From Eledone cirrhosa (taxonomy: Eukaryota): a stretch of DNA of 64,000 nucleotides. Shown here piece after piece: positions 13,576 through 27,608 of this stretch. The notes beneath the pieces were generated by a model. That model saw nothing but the letters and a program-made list of their open reading frames with translations. It had not been told where the DNA came from and did no database searches. The translations under genes were made by a program, and so were the position numbers. Location of the stretch: contig OZ024747.1 in NCBI GenBank assembly GCA_964016885.1, forward strand, positions 18,228,001-18,292,000, in the 5' to 3' direction. The number at the start of each line of letters is the position of its first letter. The stretch's first letter is position 1.

Positions 13576-16500
13576 AGTAGTGTAGTCTGACAGTTGTAGG
13601 GCTTATACAGCTCTTTACACACACTTGTAACCGATCCTTTATTGATATATTTTTAACAATCTTATTGTTTACAGAATCAAGTCATTTCCTCTCTGTGCAT
13701 TCCATAAGTTCTTAATGTAATTCTTGTAATAATAAACATTATAATGTTTGTTTTTTACATTGGTGCATGACTATACACATTTTAAAGAGAGGATTATAGT
13801 TGAATTAAATGACACTCCAATGTATGTAAAATGCTATTGTTAAAGTTTTACTTGAGTCTAGAGCAGACATGTCAAACTGAAGTCATTTCTACTCTGAAGA
13901 TGGTTAGCATGATCCAAACATCTGTTAATCCTTCTTTAGCATAGGAATTATATTATGCACATTTGATAAATGTGCATTTCTAGCTTGTGACTCAACCTTA
14001 AATAACGTACCAAGAATTTCAGCTGCATGCTTAAGCAAGCATGCATAGATAAAAGACTGCATGCCCATACACACACACACTAACAGAAAATAACAAACTC
14101 GAAAGCAGTGCCCCAGCATAACTGCAGTCAAATGACTGAAACCAGAAAACAAATGAAATATTTTCTCATAGAAATAGTTTTACAGCAGCTATTTATGCAG
14201 CTTAAATAATGATTTCTTAATTAGGCATGAAAATAGAGGTGGGTGGTATCGAGTGATAGGTTGGGGTAAAGGAGGGAGAAAAAATGAGCAGTTACTCAGT
14301 TTGTGCTTTTTTTCACCTCCACCCTTTCTCAAGAGACTACTTAACCCTTTCGTTACTGCATTTCTAATAAAATACACTTGGTAGACAGAAACTATCTCAG
14401 AGCTCATCAAATGGACTGTTTCTGTAATTCAAAGATCCAGCCTTGTCACACATTGGGCCATGCTGAAACTCTTTAAAATATATGCATCTGTCAAATACTC
14501 AGTCATTTACATGTTATATTAAAGAGTAGGCCATTCTGTAGACTGAACAAGCAGAACACTCATCATTGAGCCCAGCAGTTCCATATATTTACAAATGAAC
14601 ATAATTTAATTATTAAACTATTTATGTTACCTAAAAGACCATTTAGTACATGTTCAAGCATTCATTTAATATGACATTTTCTTGTATAATCGTTATAAAT
14701 CTAAGTATCTAGTTACAGCAGACTGCAATACCAAATAGTCTTATGAGCCAACGAAGCACTTTTTACTTGGTCAGAAGGTCTGCTAGAAATAGCAGCCAAA
14801 TCTCCTTCAAATCAAACTTTACCATCTTAAAAAAAGAAAATGACATGATATTAAATATCAGTCTAAATACACCACAAAAGGTCAGGATTGTCATGGTTGG
14901 AATGTCATAGTTCTGTTTGATCAGAGTTGATCTTCCGTTAAACAATAACAACAACCAACTTATGTTATTAAGTTAGCCATAGCCCTGACCTACTTTGAGA
15001 GTGGAAACTGATGGGGGGGGGGGGGTATCTGATATTTTACACTGAACTTGATTTTGTTTGATAAAAATAAACAAAAACCCTTCACTATTTTCATTAGGCA
15101 TGCCTCTCATTAAATATACTGCAAAAGTTTCAATTTTTAAAATAGTAAAAAATTTAGAAAGATTTATTCAAATATTTATTTTATTTTATTGAATTATTTT
15201 TTATTAAAATAAATATTTTCATTTTTTAAGTATATTAAGCTGTGGTTTAGACATAACTCAACAAAAAACATTTGCCATCATTGTCATGTTTATGTTCATT
15301 TTTCTATGTTAGCACTAGTTGAATTAAACTTGTTTGAAGTAGTACTCTAGCAACCTGTCCAACCCATGCCAGCATAATAAGACTGCCATCTTATCCTATT
15401 TGAGGGAATGGAAGCCAGATAGTCATATAGGAAAAAAAGAAGGTTAGAATCACTCAAAACCACACAATTTCACTCCTGAGTCGAGTTGTGTGGTTTATGT
15501 GGACCAAATAGAGTCAGTCAATGGGAACACACCAATCAATGAGACATGCTTTTGCTTTTCACCCACAATTTTGGAGATTCATTGGTAATTTGGGAGAAGA
15601 AAAAAAATATGTACAAAATTAGAATCAGAAAATAAACCTTTTGAGTAGGTGAAATTTGCTCCAGGTTGTGAACCTCTAAACTAGTAACCACTAACATAAA
15701 CATTATATACCATAATACTCATAATTAAGTGGTGGCTAACATACTTAATGTTGTCGCCATCGTCATTTAACATCCGGCTTCTCTTCTAGCAAGGGTTGGA
15801 TGAGTCTTTACAGACTAAATCAGTACTCAAGTAAAGCAGAAAAAAGTGTAACAAATTCAATTGATTAAAATTCTACTCATAATAAAAAGGAAACCTTTAA
15901 CCTGTTGACTGCCATGTATATTTTACACAGCTACAGTTGCTGTGCTGGGTTTTTTTTCAGTAAAATGACTATTTTTTTAAACAAACATTTATTAACAACA
16001 CATATCTGAATGATTGACAAACATCACATCAATAAACTAGTAACCCCATCTAGCTTTGAAATTATGAACTGTTGGAAACCAGTTCAAATTTGTTAGGATG
16101 AGTTATCTCGTCTGTGGCACTAGAATGCATACATTAAGAAGAGTTATCTAATCTATGGCACTGAAGAGGATAATTCTTAAAGACAGGGAAGATATCTCTG
16201 TATCTAATTTAATTCTGACCTTTGGCTAAACAACAGTCATAATATTTACATTGTATCACTCAGGCATATTTAATTGCAGTTTAGGAAACATGAATTTATT
16301 CATATTTATATATACACAAGTTATTCATTTATATCATATTCATTTATATCAAATTTACTTAATTTATATATACCATTTAAATGGGTTAATTTAATAATTC
16401 ATATATCATTCACACAAGTTAACTGACTGGCAAGTCATTTAAATATCAAATGTCTATTAAAACAAACTTGAAGACAAGGGGGTGAGTGATTTCCTCTTCT

Positions 16501-16706
16501 CTCCTAAGGTTTTTTAAGCAATAAACTGTTATTGTTTAGCTCCAAGCCAGCCCTGATTGAGTCACCTTATGATCAAAAGTATAGCCTTCACCACCAATTT
16601 CTTTTTTTTATTTTGTATTTCTAGGACAGAGATCAGCAACTGATTTTTGTAATGACCCACCTGTGTTTAGTTTTATTGATGTCCTACATGTATATTATAT
16701 CATATG

Positions 16707-16940
16707 AAGGTGCATTACTTTGTGGTAAGACCGTTGAGCTCACAATTGTAAAGTTGTGAGTTTTAATCCTGAACTGGGCGTTGTGTTGTATTCTTGAACA
16801 AAACACTTAATTTCATGTTGCTCCAGTTCACTCAGCTGTAGAAATGAGTTGCGATGTCACTGGTACCAAGATATATTAGCCATTGCCTTTCCCTTGGATA
16901 ACATCAGTTGTGTGGAGAGAGGAGACTAACATACATGGAC
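16707..16940 (+). mobile_element. tRNA-derived SINE (family 2)
   Basis: tRNA-like head followed by ttcttgaacaaaacactt...ttgctccagttcactcagctg. Relatives at 26787-27060 (+), 10390-10520 (-) and 24420-24580 (-). Confidence 0.7.
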
Positions 16941-17599
16941 ACCACACTTATAAATTTATGGTTTTGTACCAAAGTAAAAAAGAAAACAAGATTATATATT
17001 TATTTTTTTCCGTAATTGTTTAAATAGTAAAGTTGTGGAATAGTAAAAGAAAGGACTAATTAATTTCATTACCCCCCCCCCCCCCCCCCCCACACACACA
17101 CATCCATTCCTCAATTCTTTGTAGAATGTTCCAATTAAGAACATTCCAGTTTAAAGCAACTAGTCTGCTACATGTAAGAGTGACTATAATTTTTCTATTG
17201 TTCTTTTATTGAGCCAAATGCTGACTTACTTGTTGTTAGAAATTAACATGAAATTAAAAGAAAATTAATTACATTAGACATCACAGCACTAAAAACGAAT
17301 TAAATAATTAATTCTATATATTGTGTACCACTACTCCTCCCTCCACACCTACCTCCTCATCTAACATACCCAACCATTAAAACAACAGTCTCAACTTGTT
17401 GTCTGTGAACCACTGGGAACTTTTCAAACTTTCTATGTAGACAAACTTTTCGAATGCCTGGAAAAATTCATTTAAATAAATAGGCTCCTTTCTAGTGAAA
17501 AGGTTACCACGTTCTGGGGAAAGACTGTCCAGGTGATTACATCTTACTCATATGCTCCATTCTGGCATAGTTTCTATGGCTGGATCTCCTTCCTAACAT

Positions 17600-17940
17600 C
17601 AACCACTTTACAGCATGTATTAAGAACATTTTATAGTGGTACCAGCCCTACCACCTTGCAGGGGGGGGGGGGGACTGTGTTTTATTGTGGTACCAGCACT
17701 ACCGCCTTTCAGGGTGGTCTAGGTGCATTTTATAGTGGCACCAACACTACCACATTGCATGGTGGACTAGGTGCATTTTATAGTGGCACCAGAACTAGCA
17801 CCTTGCAGGATAGACTAGGTGCATTTTATTGTGGTACCAGCACTACCACATTACAGTATGGGCTTGGCATGTTTTATCATGGCACAAACACAACCACTTT
17901 ACAGAGTGGGCTGGGTGTATTTTATCATGGCACAACACTA
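17600..17940. repeat. ~48-bp tandem repeat (about 7 units) derived from an RTE-type 3' tail
   Basis: Unit approximately ggtgcattttatagtggcaccagcactaccaccttgcagggtggacta. Preceded by the RTE tail motif ttctatggctggat...cctaacatcaaccactttacag. Confidence 0.8.
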
Positions 17941-18111
17941 TCCCATTACAACATTAGGGCACTTATGTTCTCGACAAAACTGGAGAAAGCAATAATGGGA
18001 ATAAGAGGGGATGAATGGTAGACTACATCTTGCTTACCTGGGAAGGCAGTCATTTCATAGTGGAAAAGCAAGTGTCAGGTTGTAGAAGTGGCCTTGAAGC
18101 AAGAGAGTGAT

Positions 18112-18436
18112 ATCATCATCATCATCATTTTACGTCCGCTTTTCCCTGCTTGCAAGGGTGGGACGGGAACTGATTCTGGCTTGATTTCTACAGCTGGATG
18201 CCCTTCCTAACACCAACCTCATTTACAGTGAGTGCTGGGTGCTTTTTTGCCGTGGCACTTTGCAGTGGAATGATATGGACCCCAGTCCCTATCATCTCAT
18301 TTTTACAGCTGAGTAAACTGGAGCAATGTGAAATAAAGTGTCTTGCTCAAGGAAACAACACATCACCCGGTCTGAGAATTGAACTCACAACCTTTCGATT
18401 GCAAGGCCAATGCTCTAACCACTAAGCCATGTGCCT
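18112..18436 (-). mobile_element. Full-length SINE: tRNA head, core, RTE-derived tail and (GAT)n end
   Basis: Head ggcacatggcttagtggttagagc...gagttcaattct on the minus strand. Tail gggcatccagctgtagaaa...ggacgtaaaatgatgatg. Near-identical 5'-truncated copy at 54680-54960. Confidence 0.8.
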
Positions 18437-18793
18437 ATATCTGGCAATATATTATAGGGTTTGCCTGACTTTGATAAAATGTTACCAAAGTTGACTTTAT
18501 ATCATAAACACATGACTGCAAATGTTGATGGTTGGGGGTATTGTGCAGGGGGTCCAATCAATTATATTAACAACAGCACTGGACAGGTACTTGTTTTATT
18601 TACTCTAAAAGGATTCATTGAAAGAGATAGCAGCAGATTTTCAGAGTTCAATGAATTACTAACTCTGCAAACTGTAATATATATTATAAATATTTTCATG
18701 GAATTGATAACAGTTGATAACAATCTCAATCGAGTCAGTCACTCAACAGGATATTTGATATCTCTCTCTAACTAACTATGTCCCTTAGATCTA

Positions 18794-18878
<85 letters not shown>

Positions 18879-21800
18879 TCTCCTCTTACTAGTTCTCTCT
18901 TTATCCTCAGTAGTATTCTCTTTCCTCACTTATTCTCTCTCTCTCTTTCTGGTAAAGTATGTGTTAGTTAATCACCAACACTAATATATTTTCCTATCTC
19001 CTTTAGTTCTTTAACCCCTTCCCTACTCTTATCTTTCTCTTAGATCTTCTTCCTTTACATCTTCTCCTCTTCCTTCTCCTCACACTTTTCCTTGCTGGTA
19101 GAGAAATTAAAACTTAGAAAAAATGAAATAAAATTTTAAAAATAACTGTTTTTGCCAATTGTAGTAAAAGTAAATGTGGTGGGAGTTAAGATATTATTGT
19201 CAGGAATGTGTTACAAATGAATCCCAAAACAAAGTGATGCAACAGTGCTAATTATAATGATGGTGACAATAAGGATTTCTTATATAAATATTGATTTTTA
19301 TGAGGTTTATCTTTTGTTTAATGATGATAATAATTCTTTTTAACAGACATAAGGCCAGCAATTTGGGGGAAGAGTGGTGGTTTAGTGGAATTGTTAATAA
19401 GTCAGGCAGAATTTTTTTGTGGTATCTAATCTGGTTTTGTGTGGTCTGAGTTCACATCCCACTTCCTTCTATTAGGAGTTGTGACAGGCAGATAATATTA
19501 GCAATGGAAAGACTAATAGAAACATTGTTTCCTTGGTCTAATATGATGATAGGATCCGTTCCTTTCTTCCCTTAAAATATAAGGCCTTTGTGCCTAGTGT
19601 GGACATATTGTCTTAATAAAAGGAAGAATGTTTGAACAGAAGTCCTAGAAACACTCACCTGAAAAAATAAAAAGACTGGCTGGTTGCAACTGGAATGCCT
19701 TTAATTGTAGATTGCTCAACTGGTGATGATCTGATGCTACACAGTAACAATAAGCTTTTACTATGTTATAGAAATCTGATATAAAAGAAATTTTTATTTT
19801 TTGAATATTTAAAAAATTATTTCTACTCTTTAGTCAGGAAAGAAAGGGCAATACTTATGGCCCTTTTCAAGACCTCTGCGTCTAATGGCAGGAAGGGAGG
19901 AAGGTATCCTTAAACTTGTGACTTGGATTGACTGTTTGCAACTAAGTGTACTCTGCTAAAAGTACCCAGGCAGCTATATTTAGGAAGGTCTATACAAAAG
20001 AAAAATATCAAATCAAAGACCAGCATCAAAATATTGACTTTGAAATTAACTAAGTGAAGTTATTAATAACTCATCCTATTAGCAAATTTTAATTACTTTT
20101 CCCTCTCATCTCATTCCTTTCATAAAAAGATGGCTTACATAGTAAGTTGTTTCTTTGAAAGATAAGCAATAACAGACGTGTGGTAACACACAAGTGTAAT
20201 AAATAAGGAAGTCTTTGTTTATTAGAATTTGAAAATTTCGCCGTAAACAAGCCTGCATTTTATTATATAAGTCACATTAAACTTTTATATTTTTCCAAGA
20301 TGTTAAACTACACTGTTATTCTTCTTTGTCCTGGAATCTCTTAAATATCTTTGTTATAATTACTGTTCTCACTCTTATCTACCATTGTTCACTGTCCTAT
20401 CTATGTTATGGACTATAGCTTGATAAGTTTGTTGAGTAAACGGAACAACGTATAAGAGACTAACAAAATAATGTTTATTTGAGAAAGTTCTTACTGTTGG
20501 TACGGTGCTGATAGAATTGGTTAAACAAGGTCTCACTGAGTGCCTTTATTGTGTTCCAGGCATATATACAAGGGTCAGCTAAAAAGTTCATAGGTTGACC
20601 AAGATACTCTTACGGTATGTGACATAAAATGAGGTTTATTTTCAAAATAGTACCCCTTACAGTCCACACACTTCACCCATTGGTGAAGAAGTTTTCATCC
20701 TGTTGGTAAAAAAAATACCAGCAGCAGAAATACGGCCAAAAAGGGTTTACCCAGTCATATGTAATTCAAGAAGCATTTCAGAAAGATGTTTCTAAACATT
20801 TTTAGTTCATTTTTTTTTAAAATTCAATTTTAATGTTATTTTAGTTTAATTTACACATCTTCTGTATATCCACTTCTTGGTGCTTTCCATTGACTAGATT
20901 TCTTGAATCTTTAAAAAAAATTTATTTGTGTACATATATTAGATCCTTTTGATTTTGCCCCAGGAGTGGGTGGGTGGGAGGGGGGGGGGACAATTTATAA
21001 ACTATTGAGCTGATAAGGGTACCAAGGAGACATAATAATGTTATGGAAGGGAGGAATCATATATGTCACACTCCTATTTTTAAATAAATGAAAGCAGTTA
21101 AACTGCTTGCTGTGAAGAGTTGTTCTAGAATTGTGGTTCTCAAAGTTATACTACCGTATACTCCCGTCCCCTCATGTACTCGTAATGTAGGGCAATAGGA
21201 TTGCTTTCAGGTTTTTTTAATTAGTGAAGGTATTCTTCAGAATTTGCTAGCTTGAATGTTAACCTTTTAAAATTCAGAAAGTGTTAAGTTTATTGTTGCC
21301 CTTTTAAAATTCCTTGATTTGTTGTTGTTGTTATTATTATTAAGTACCAGTAGCGCACTGGGGTTGATTTAATTGACTTTTGCCTCCCCCAAAATTGTTG
21401 GCTTTGTGTCTAAATCAGAAACTAAGGGCAGTGGATTGCATTTTGAGCATATGGAGACTCCCTCATTAGTTTGTTTTAACCATTAACCCATGCTTGCAAG
21501 GAAAATAGATATTAAACGATGATGATGATGATGATGTCCAAAACCACCCCTGGTCATATGAAACAAAAGTACCTATTTCAAAGGGTTCCTATTTAAATGA
21601 AAGCTTTCAACATAATTTTATATAAAAATATAAAAAATCTTTTGTAACAAATACAAACTTAATGAAATAATTAATAATTTTAGCAAAAACCCCAACATTC
21701 TTCACTAATTAACCAAAGTACAGTGTATTTAATGAGAAATATTGTAACAAAAGAGTTAAGGGAGGACTGTTGTTGTGTAGCTTCTGTTCAGACCTGAACT

Positions 21801-22073
21801 AAACCAGCAGTTCTATATACTTAAATAATGACATTAACATTTTGGAATAATATAATAAATCAATAATGGTATAAACATTTTTCAAATCTATTAGATTTTG
21901 TCTTGTGTGAGGCTACTTTCTCAAATATGTGCAATATTCTATTTGCTTACTCTGTCACTTTTTCCTGACACACCACTGGGGGTACCTTTAATTGCTCTCA
22001 GTATATGTGTGTGTATTTTTGCTTTTTTGTACTCTGCTTTCTATGTAATGTGACTCTTAGTATTCTTCTTTAT

Positions 22074-22180
<107 letters not shown>

Positions 22181-22593
22181 TATGTTTATGTTGTTAAGTT
22201 TGATGGTTGGTTGTATTTGATGTTCTCTGGTATTGCTAATAAGAAAGGAGAAAGGGGATTTGATAGGGAGCCAGGTTTCTCTGTTGGGTAAGGATAGAGT
22301 AATTGTGCAGCAGTTTAGTATCCAGAAAATGATGGGGGGATATGAGCTTTGTGTTATATGTGAATGAGACTGTCTGTGTGTTTTTTTGGAGGTGTAAGTT
22401 GTGTAGCTATAGTTTAAAAAGAATGGGTGAGAACAGATTTTTGTGAGCTAGGAAGCTTCTCTGCCACAGGGGAGCAATTTGAATATTTTAGGAGGCGACT
22501 TTTGTAAATTTTACATTAGATATTTTTAACACCCAACGTGCTTTTCATATTGAGAAGGCCATCAAATGTTTTGATGTGCTGTGGTAGGACAGA

Positions 22594-22809
22594 TTAACCC
22601 TTTAGCATTTAAACCGGCTGTATCCTGCTAGAATTCTCTCACTTCTTTCTATTCAAATAAGCTGTAACTGGCTACTCATACTGATGTTAAGGTATTGTTC
22701 TCAAAATAAATGATATCAAAATCTCATAGATTCAACATTATGTGAGATAAAGTCTGTACTGCGAAAATACAATAGTAAATATAGAGTAATGTAACTGCTA
22801 AAGGGTTAA
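22594..22809. mobile_element. piggyBac-like MITE
   Basis: TTAA-CCCTTTAGCA...TGCTAAAGGG-TTAA termini. Related inverted copies at ~56082-56309 and ~59979-60205. Confidence 0.75.
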
Positions 22810-23123
22810 GAGCCACTGGTCTATGAAGTTGTTCAATATGCAAAAAAACTGTAGCCAAATCTTTTTCAAATACTACCTTACTGTTTTCAAAAGTGGTTAA
22901 ATATACAGGATAAATTAAAAAGAAGTATTGGCTTTCATGTATTTTCTAAATGCATTTATAGTATGAAATGAGAATCCCATACTAGTTGTTAACACTTGGC
23001 TCACCAACTGGTTACCTCATGGTGAGTTTGTCTAATTGAGGTTTTCCTTATTAATCTTTGATGTTTGATAATCTGAAATAAAACCCATGTCGAATCATTT
23101 AGTGTTATCATACAGTCCATCGC

Positions 23124-23178
<55 letters not shown>

Positions 23179-25139
23179 TCTCACACACCTATGGGAAACA
23201 TGTATATTTGTTTTAGAAGTAATATCTAGCTGTAATGTACAATGTACATAGCTGGTTAGTTTTGCTATTAGTTTGCATTATTGTTACCATTGATGCTGTT
23301 ATTGTTGTTCTACTAAGTGTGTGGTGAGGCTGGAGACAGCATTAGTAAAACTCTGAACCAAATGCCTTATAGTATATAGTTTTGTATCTTTCAATGTTCA
23401 GAATTTGGAATCCTGCTGAGCTCTGTGTGTTTTTTTATTATCCTTTCCATCATTATTAAAACAAGTAATGGAGGTTCAGTATATAACTTTCCTTTGCAAA
23501 TTTATAGACTTTTAGATGAAGGAGGGATAAAACAACATTTTTCTGTTAATTCTGAGTGCCAACAATGTACTGGTATGTCTTTTATCATCTAGCCCTTGTG
23601 TGTTAAAAACATGGGGTATGTTTTAGTTTAGTTTGTGAGGTAGAATGTTTTTGAAAAATGTAAAATTTAATGTGTAATTGTAGGCTGAAGCTGTAATGAA
23701 CTAAAAACGATGACCCCCTAGCATTCAAATGGTTAAATTGCTCAGTGATAATAATGGCTTCTAATTTAGGCACAAGGCCAACAATTTGGGCGAGAGGAAA
23801 GTCCATCAAATTGACCCCTGTGCATGACTGGTACTTTATTTTATTGACCCTGTAAGGATGAAAAACAAAGCTAATTTCAGCAGGATTTGAACTAAGAATG
23901 TAAAGGGCCATAACTATATGCTGCAAAGTATATTGTCTGATGCTCTACTGGTAATGCCAATCCAACACCCTTAGTGATAATAATAACTGAAACTTCCATT
24001 TTAAAAAAATAGCATTTGTATATAAATGCATAAATGAAGAGGTATGTCAGTGCAGTTGTGAAAGAGACAAAATAGCAAACATTTTAAGTAGATTATAATA
24101 TATATAGTATATTATATATTATATTCATAAATGAGTTTGCCTGATGCCTTACCTTACACAAGGGTAGCTTTATTGATGTCACTGTTGGAATATGGACAGA
24201 TCTCATTTAACTGAAGTATTTAAACATCTGTGTTAACAGACATGTATCATATAAGTTGTCACTTTTTCACTTGAAATTCAATATGCATTACACACAAATA
24301 TCTAATGCATGTGTGTATGTGTTCTTTTAATAAGGCTAATCTTTTCTTTCATTCTTTTTATGTTCTTAGTGTTTTACATTTGTTTGTAATTATTTTACAG
24401 CTGGGTGCATTTTTTTACTCTTTAATCACTCAAACGTGAAGCAAACGTGCTGCTTACTTTGTTACTCAAATAAATTGAAACTAAGCAGAGCCATGTACTT
24501 TTGCAAAGAGCACAATACAATAACGAGTTTTAGGTGTAGTAAGGCTTGAACTCATGACCATGGAATCAGTATCTTGACCTTACAGTTATTTAATCTTAAT
24601 GTTATAGTATTTGTGTTGAAATTAACATAAATTCTGGAAGCATACATACATACACCTCAGGGGAAGGTGTCCATCTTAGGTAACACATGTTGAATTGTTT
24701 GTTGAAGGGTTGGGGGTGGGTAGTTCAAGGGCTGTCCTGGACAGCACAACCTTTAGCTATGCTACTGATACCACTGGAAAGCAAAACAACATTGGAGATC
24801 CATCAGGATCATTTGGAGATGATTGATTCTGATAGGACCTTCTGGAAAGCATGTTTGAGGATTCTGCCTCCATGACCATCTCAGAAATACGTGGTCAAAG
24901 AAGAGTTGGGGACTAATGGGAAAATATTTTTGTTGAAAGTGAGAGTTTCGTGCAACCATCTATCCCTTAATTGCACTTGGCAGTGTTCACTTTGTTGCAA
25001 GCATTTGAGCAAAGATGCTAGTTTGAGGATAACATTCTCCTTTCCTACCACCAATATGTAATACACTGGAAAAGTTCACGGACACTGCCCTTCTTTCTCT
25101 GACTAAATCATTAAAAGATATTCCAAATTGATTTGGTTG

Positions 25140-25255
25140 TGCTGTTTATTGCATATTTTCACAACGATCTATTTACTAGTTAAGACACTATAAATATTTG
25201 AATTAACAAACCCATTTCAAGATATTTTCTATTAAATCATTATGAGATGTTACAA
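25140..25255. repeat. Dispersed ~110-bp repeat
   Basis: ctagt..atactataaatatttgaattaacaa... also occurs at ~27280-27365 and ~28130-28245. Confidence 0.6.
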
Positions 25256-26786
25256 GTTAAACACAGAGCCGTGTTTGTGCTCTAAGGTAACTTTTAAAAC
25301 CCTAGAGGCTTTTAGGGACATTTACATTGATAATATCTTTGTCCTTAAATCATGGCATGACAAAACAACAAACAAAAATACTAAAACACACTCTCTTCAG
25401 TGGTTGTACCCAAGACCCTAACTCCCTCAGGATATACTATTTATGGGATGTTGCTTACATCGTCAAAATTAATATCAACAAAACTGATAATTTCTATATA
25501 TTTTTCTTTTCTGTTTTTTGTCAGCTGTTTTCTGAAATAGCTACCTAAACTCTTATCATGTGTTTAAAACGTTTAAAAGTGTTTAAAACTAAAAGTAATA
25601 TTTCTTCACTTTTATCTCCCCCTCACCTTTCGTGACACTGGTAGGTTTTAGTGTTTATCTTTTTACTTTTCAATTTGCCATTAGAGAAAATGTTATGCTA
25701 TTTTTAGCTGGATTGTGAGGATGGTTTAAATTAAGTGTTTTAATGTCGTCAGGTAAATTTACTTAAGCTCTATTTTGTTTTTCAAGTAAAAACAAAGACG
25801 CACAAACATTCTCTTATCTTCTATCTGTTTATCTATCTAACTGTCTGCCTATCTAACTGCCTGTCTATCTAACTGTTTATCTACATCTAATGTTAAAGTT
25901 TACAGAACTTTTATGTAAAACCCATGTCGTCATGTCTTGTAATGTCCCATCCCTTGTGCGCCCTTATGGCAAATAAAGAAACATATCTATCTACCTACCT
26001 ATCTATCTATCTGTCTGTCTATCTATCTGTCTGTCTGTCTATCTGTCTGTCTGTCTGTCTGTCTATCAATCTCTCCTCCTCACCTACTCTTTCTCTATTC
26101 CCCATATATCCCTTCATCCACTCTCTCTATTTCTAACCTAATTTCTCACTTTCTCTTTCTCTCCTACTCTGTCTCTCTCTTTCACACCCACTCTCTTTTT
26201 TTATTCACTTTCTTTCTCACCCATACTTTCTCTCTTAATGTTCCTTCACTTTCTTCACAAGGCCTACTCTTTAGATTAACATGAGTAACTGAGTATTCCA
26301 CAAGCATGTGTTCCCTAAACATAATTCTCAGAGTGTGAGATGAGGTTGACCCTATGAATTATCGATCACAAAGTGAATTTCATAATTGTTTGGCAGTAGC
26401 CCTATGAAAAGGATTGGATGTTTGTTGGTATGTAGTATGTAGCTGAACTCCTGAATATTTACATTGGGCAAACTAGCATTATATACAGTAGACTAGCATT
26501 ATATACAGCATATCCGGGATTAGGTTTGCCTCTTCACTTCTTGACTCTTATACCAAACAGCATTAAGTATTTTCCAGATGACCTACTGATTTCAGAGAAA
26601 TTGTTGTTTGTTACATCTAAAGAGATAAAAAATGTTGTTTAATTGGTGATGGTAAAGTATATTCTAGGAAATAATGTTTAGTTTTTCTTTGAAAAATTAA
26701 GATTAAATTTACATTTTATTGTTTCTATTTAAAAGTATATTCTTTATTATTTGGTGTTACTTTATACAAATACTTCACACGAATGT

Positions 26787-27060
26787 GAAGGCATGTGGCC
26801 TAGTGGTAAGGATGGTGGACTTACACTTGTAATGTCGTGGGTTTGATTCCTAAGCTGGGTTGCATGTTGTGTTCTTGAGCCAAACACTTCATTTCACATT
26901 GCTCCAGTATACTCAGCTGAAAATGAGTACCAGTAATAGCTGAGGGTTTAACTCTGTAATGGACTGACATCCTGTCCAATGGAAGAGTCTTGTACTCTCA
27001 GTCGTTTCACGCCATGAAACCGAGATAAGCACCAGCTCAACACGTTGCTTACAGCACACA
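26787..27060 (+). mobile_element. tRNA-derived SINE (family 2)
   Basis: A-box tggcctagtggt, B-box ggtttgattcc, conserved core, (CATA)n tail. Confidence 0.75.
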
Positions 27061-27572
27061 AGGACATACATACATACATACAAATGGTATAAGCATTCAC
27101 TCTTTATTCATAATTTCCTGCACGTGTGTGTATATTTGTGGCAGTTTATTATTTAATTCTTAACATCTTGTCCTGAATAAAACTGCTTTAACAAGGCATC
27201 TTTGTAAAGTACAAAATTTACCCTGAGTGCTTCATATTAAAAATTAAAGTCTATACTTTAATAGGGAAACTTTTCACATGAAACTGTTCACTAGTAAATA
27301 TACTATAAATATTTGAATTAACAAACCTGTTTTTAGATATGTTTTGCTAAATCATTACAAGATGTAAAGAAAATATATTTAGTATCATTACATAATGTAG
27401 TGAGTATATATTTAGTATCCCATAACTGACCGACAAATAAAGATACACACTGGAAACTATATTAATAGAGAAATTAAATGATAAATAAAGGTTGTCTACC
27501 TCTTTACATTTTTTAACCATTACAATACACTTTTGAGAGGAAATGACGATGGTGATGACAATAAGCATCCTT

Positions 27573-27608
<36 letters not shown>

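Noticed and set aside
24660-25100. Higher-complexity segment with short ORFs on both strands
   Set aside because: Multiple stops and no motif I can identify. It may be an old TE remnant, which cannot be supported without BLASTX.
26787-26860. tRNA gene
   Set aside because: Degenerate cloverleaf continuous with a SINE body, so it is a SINE head.
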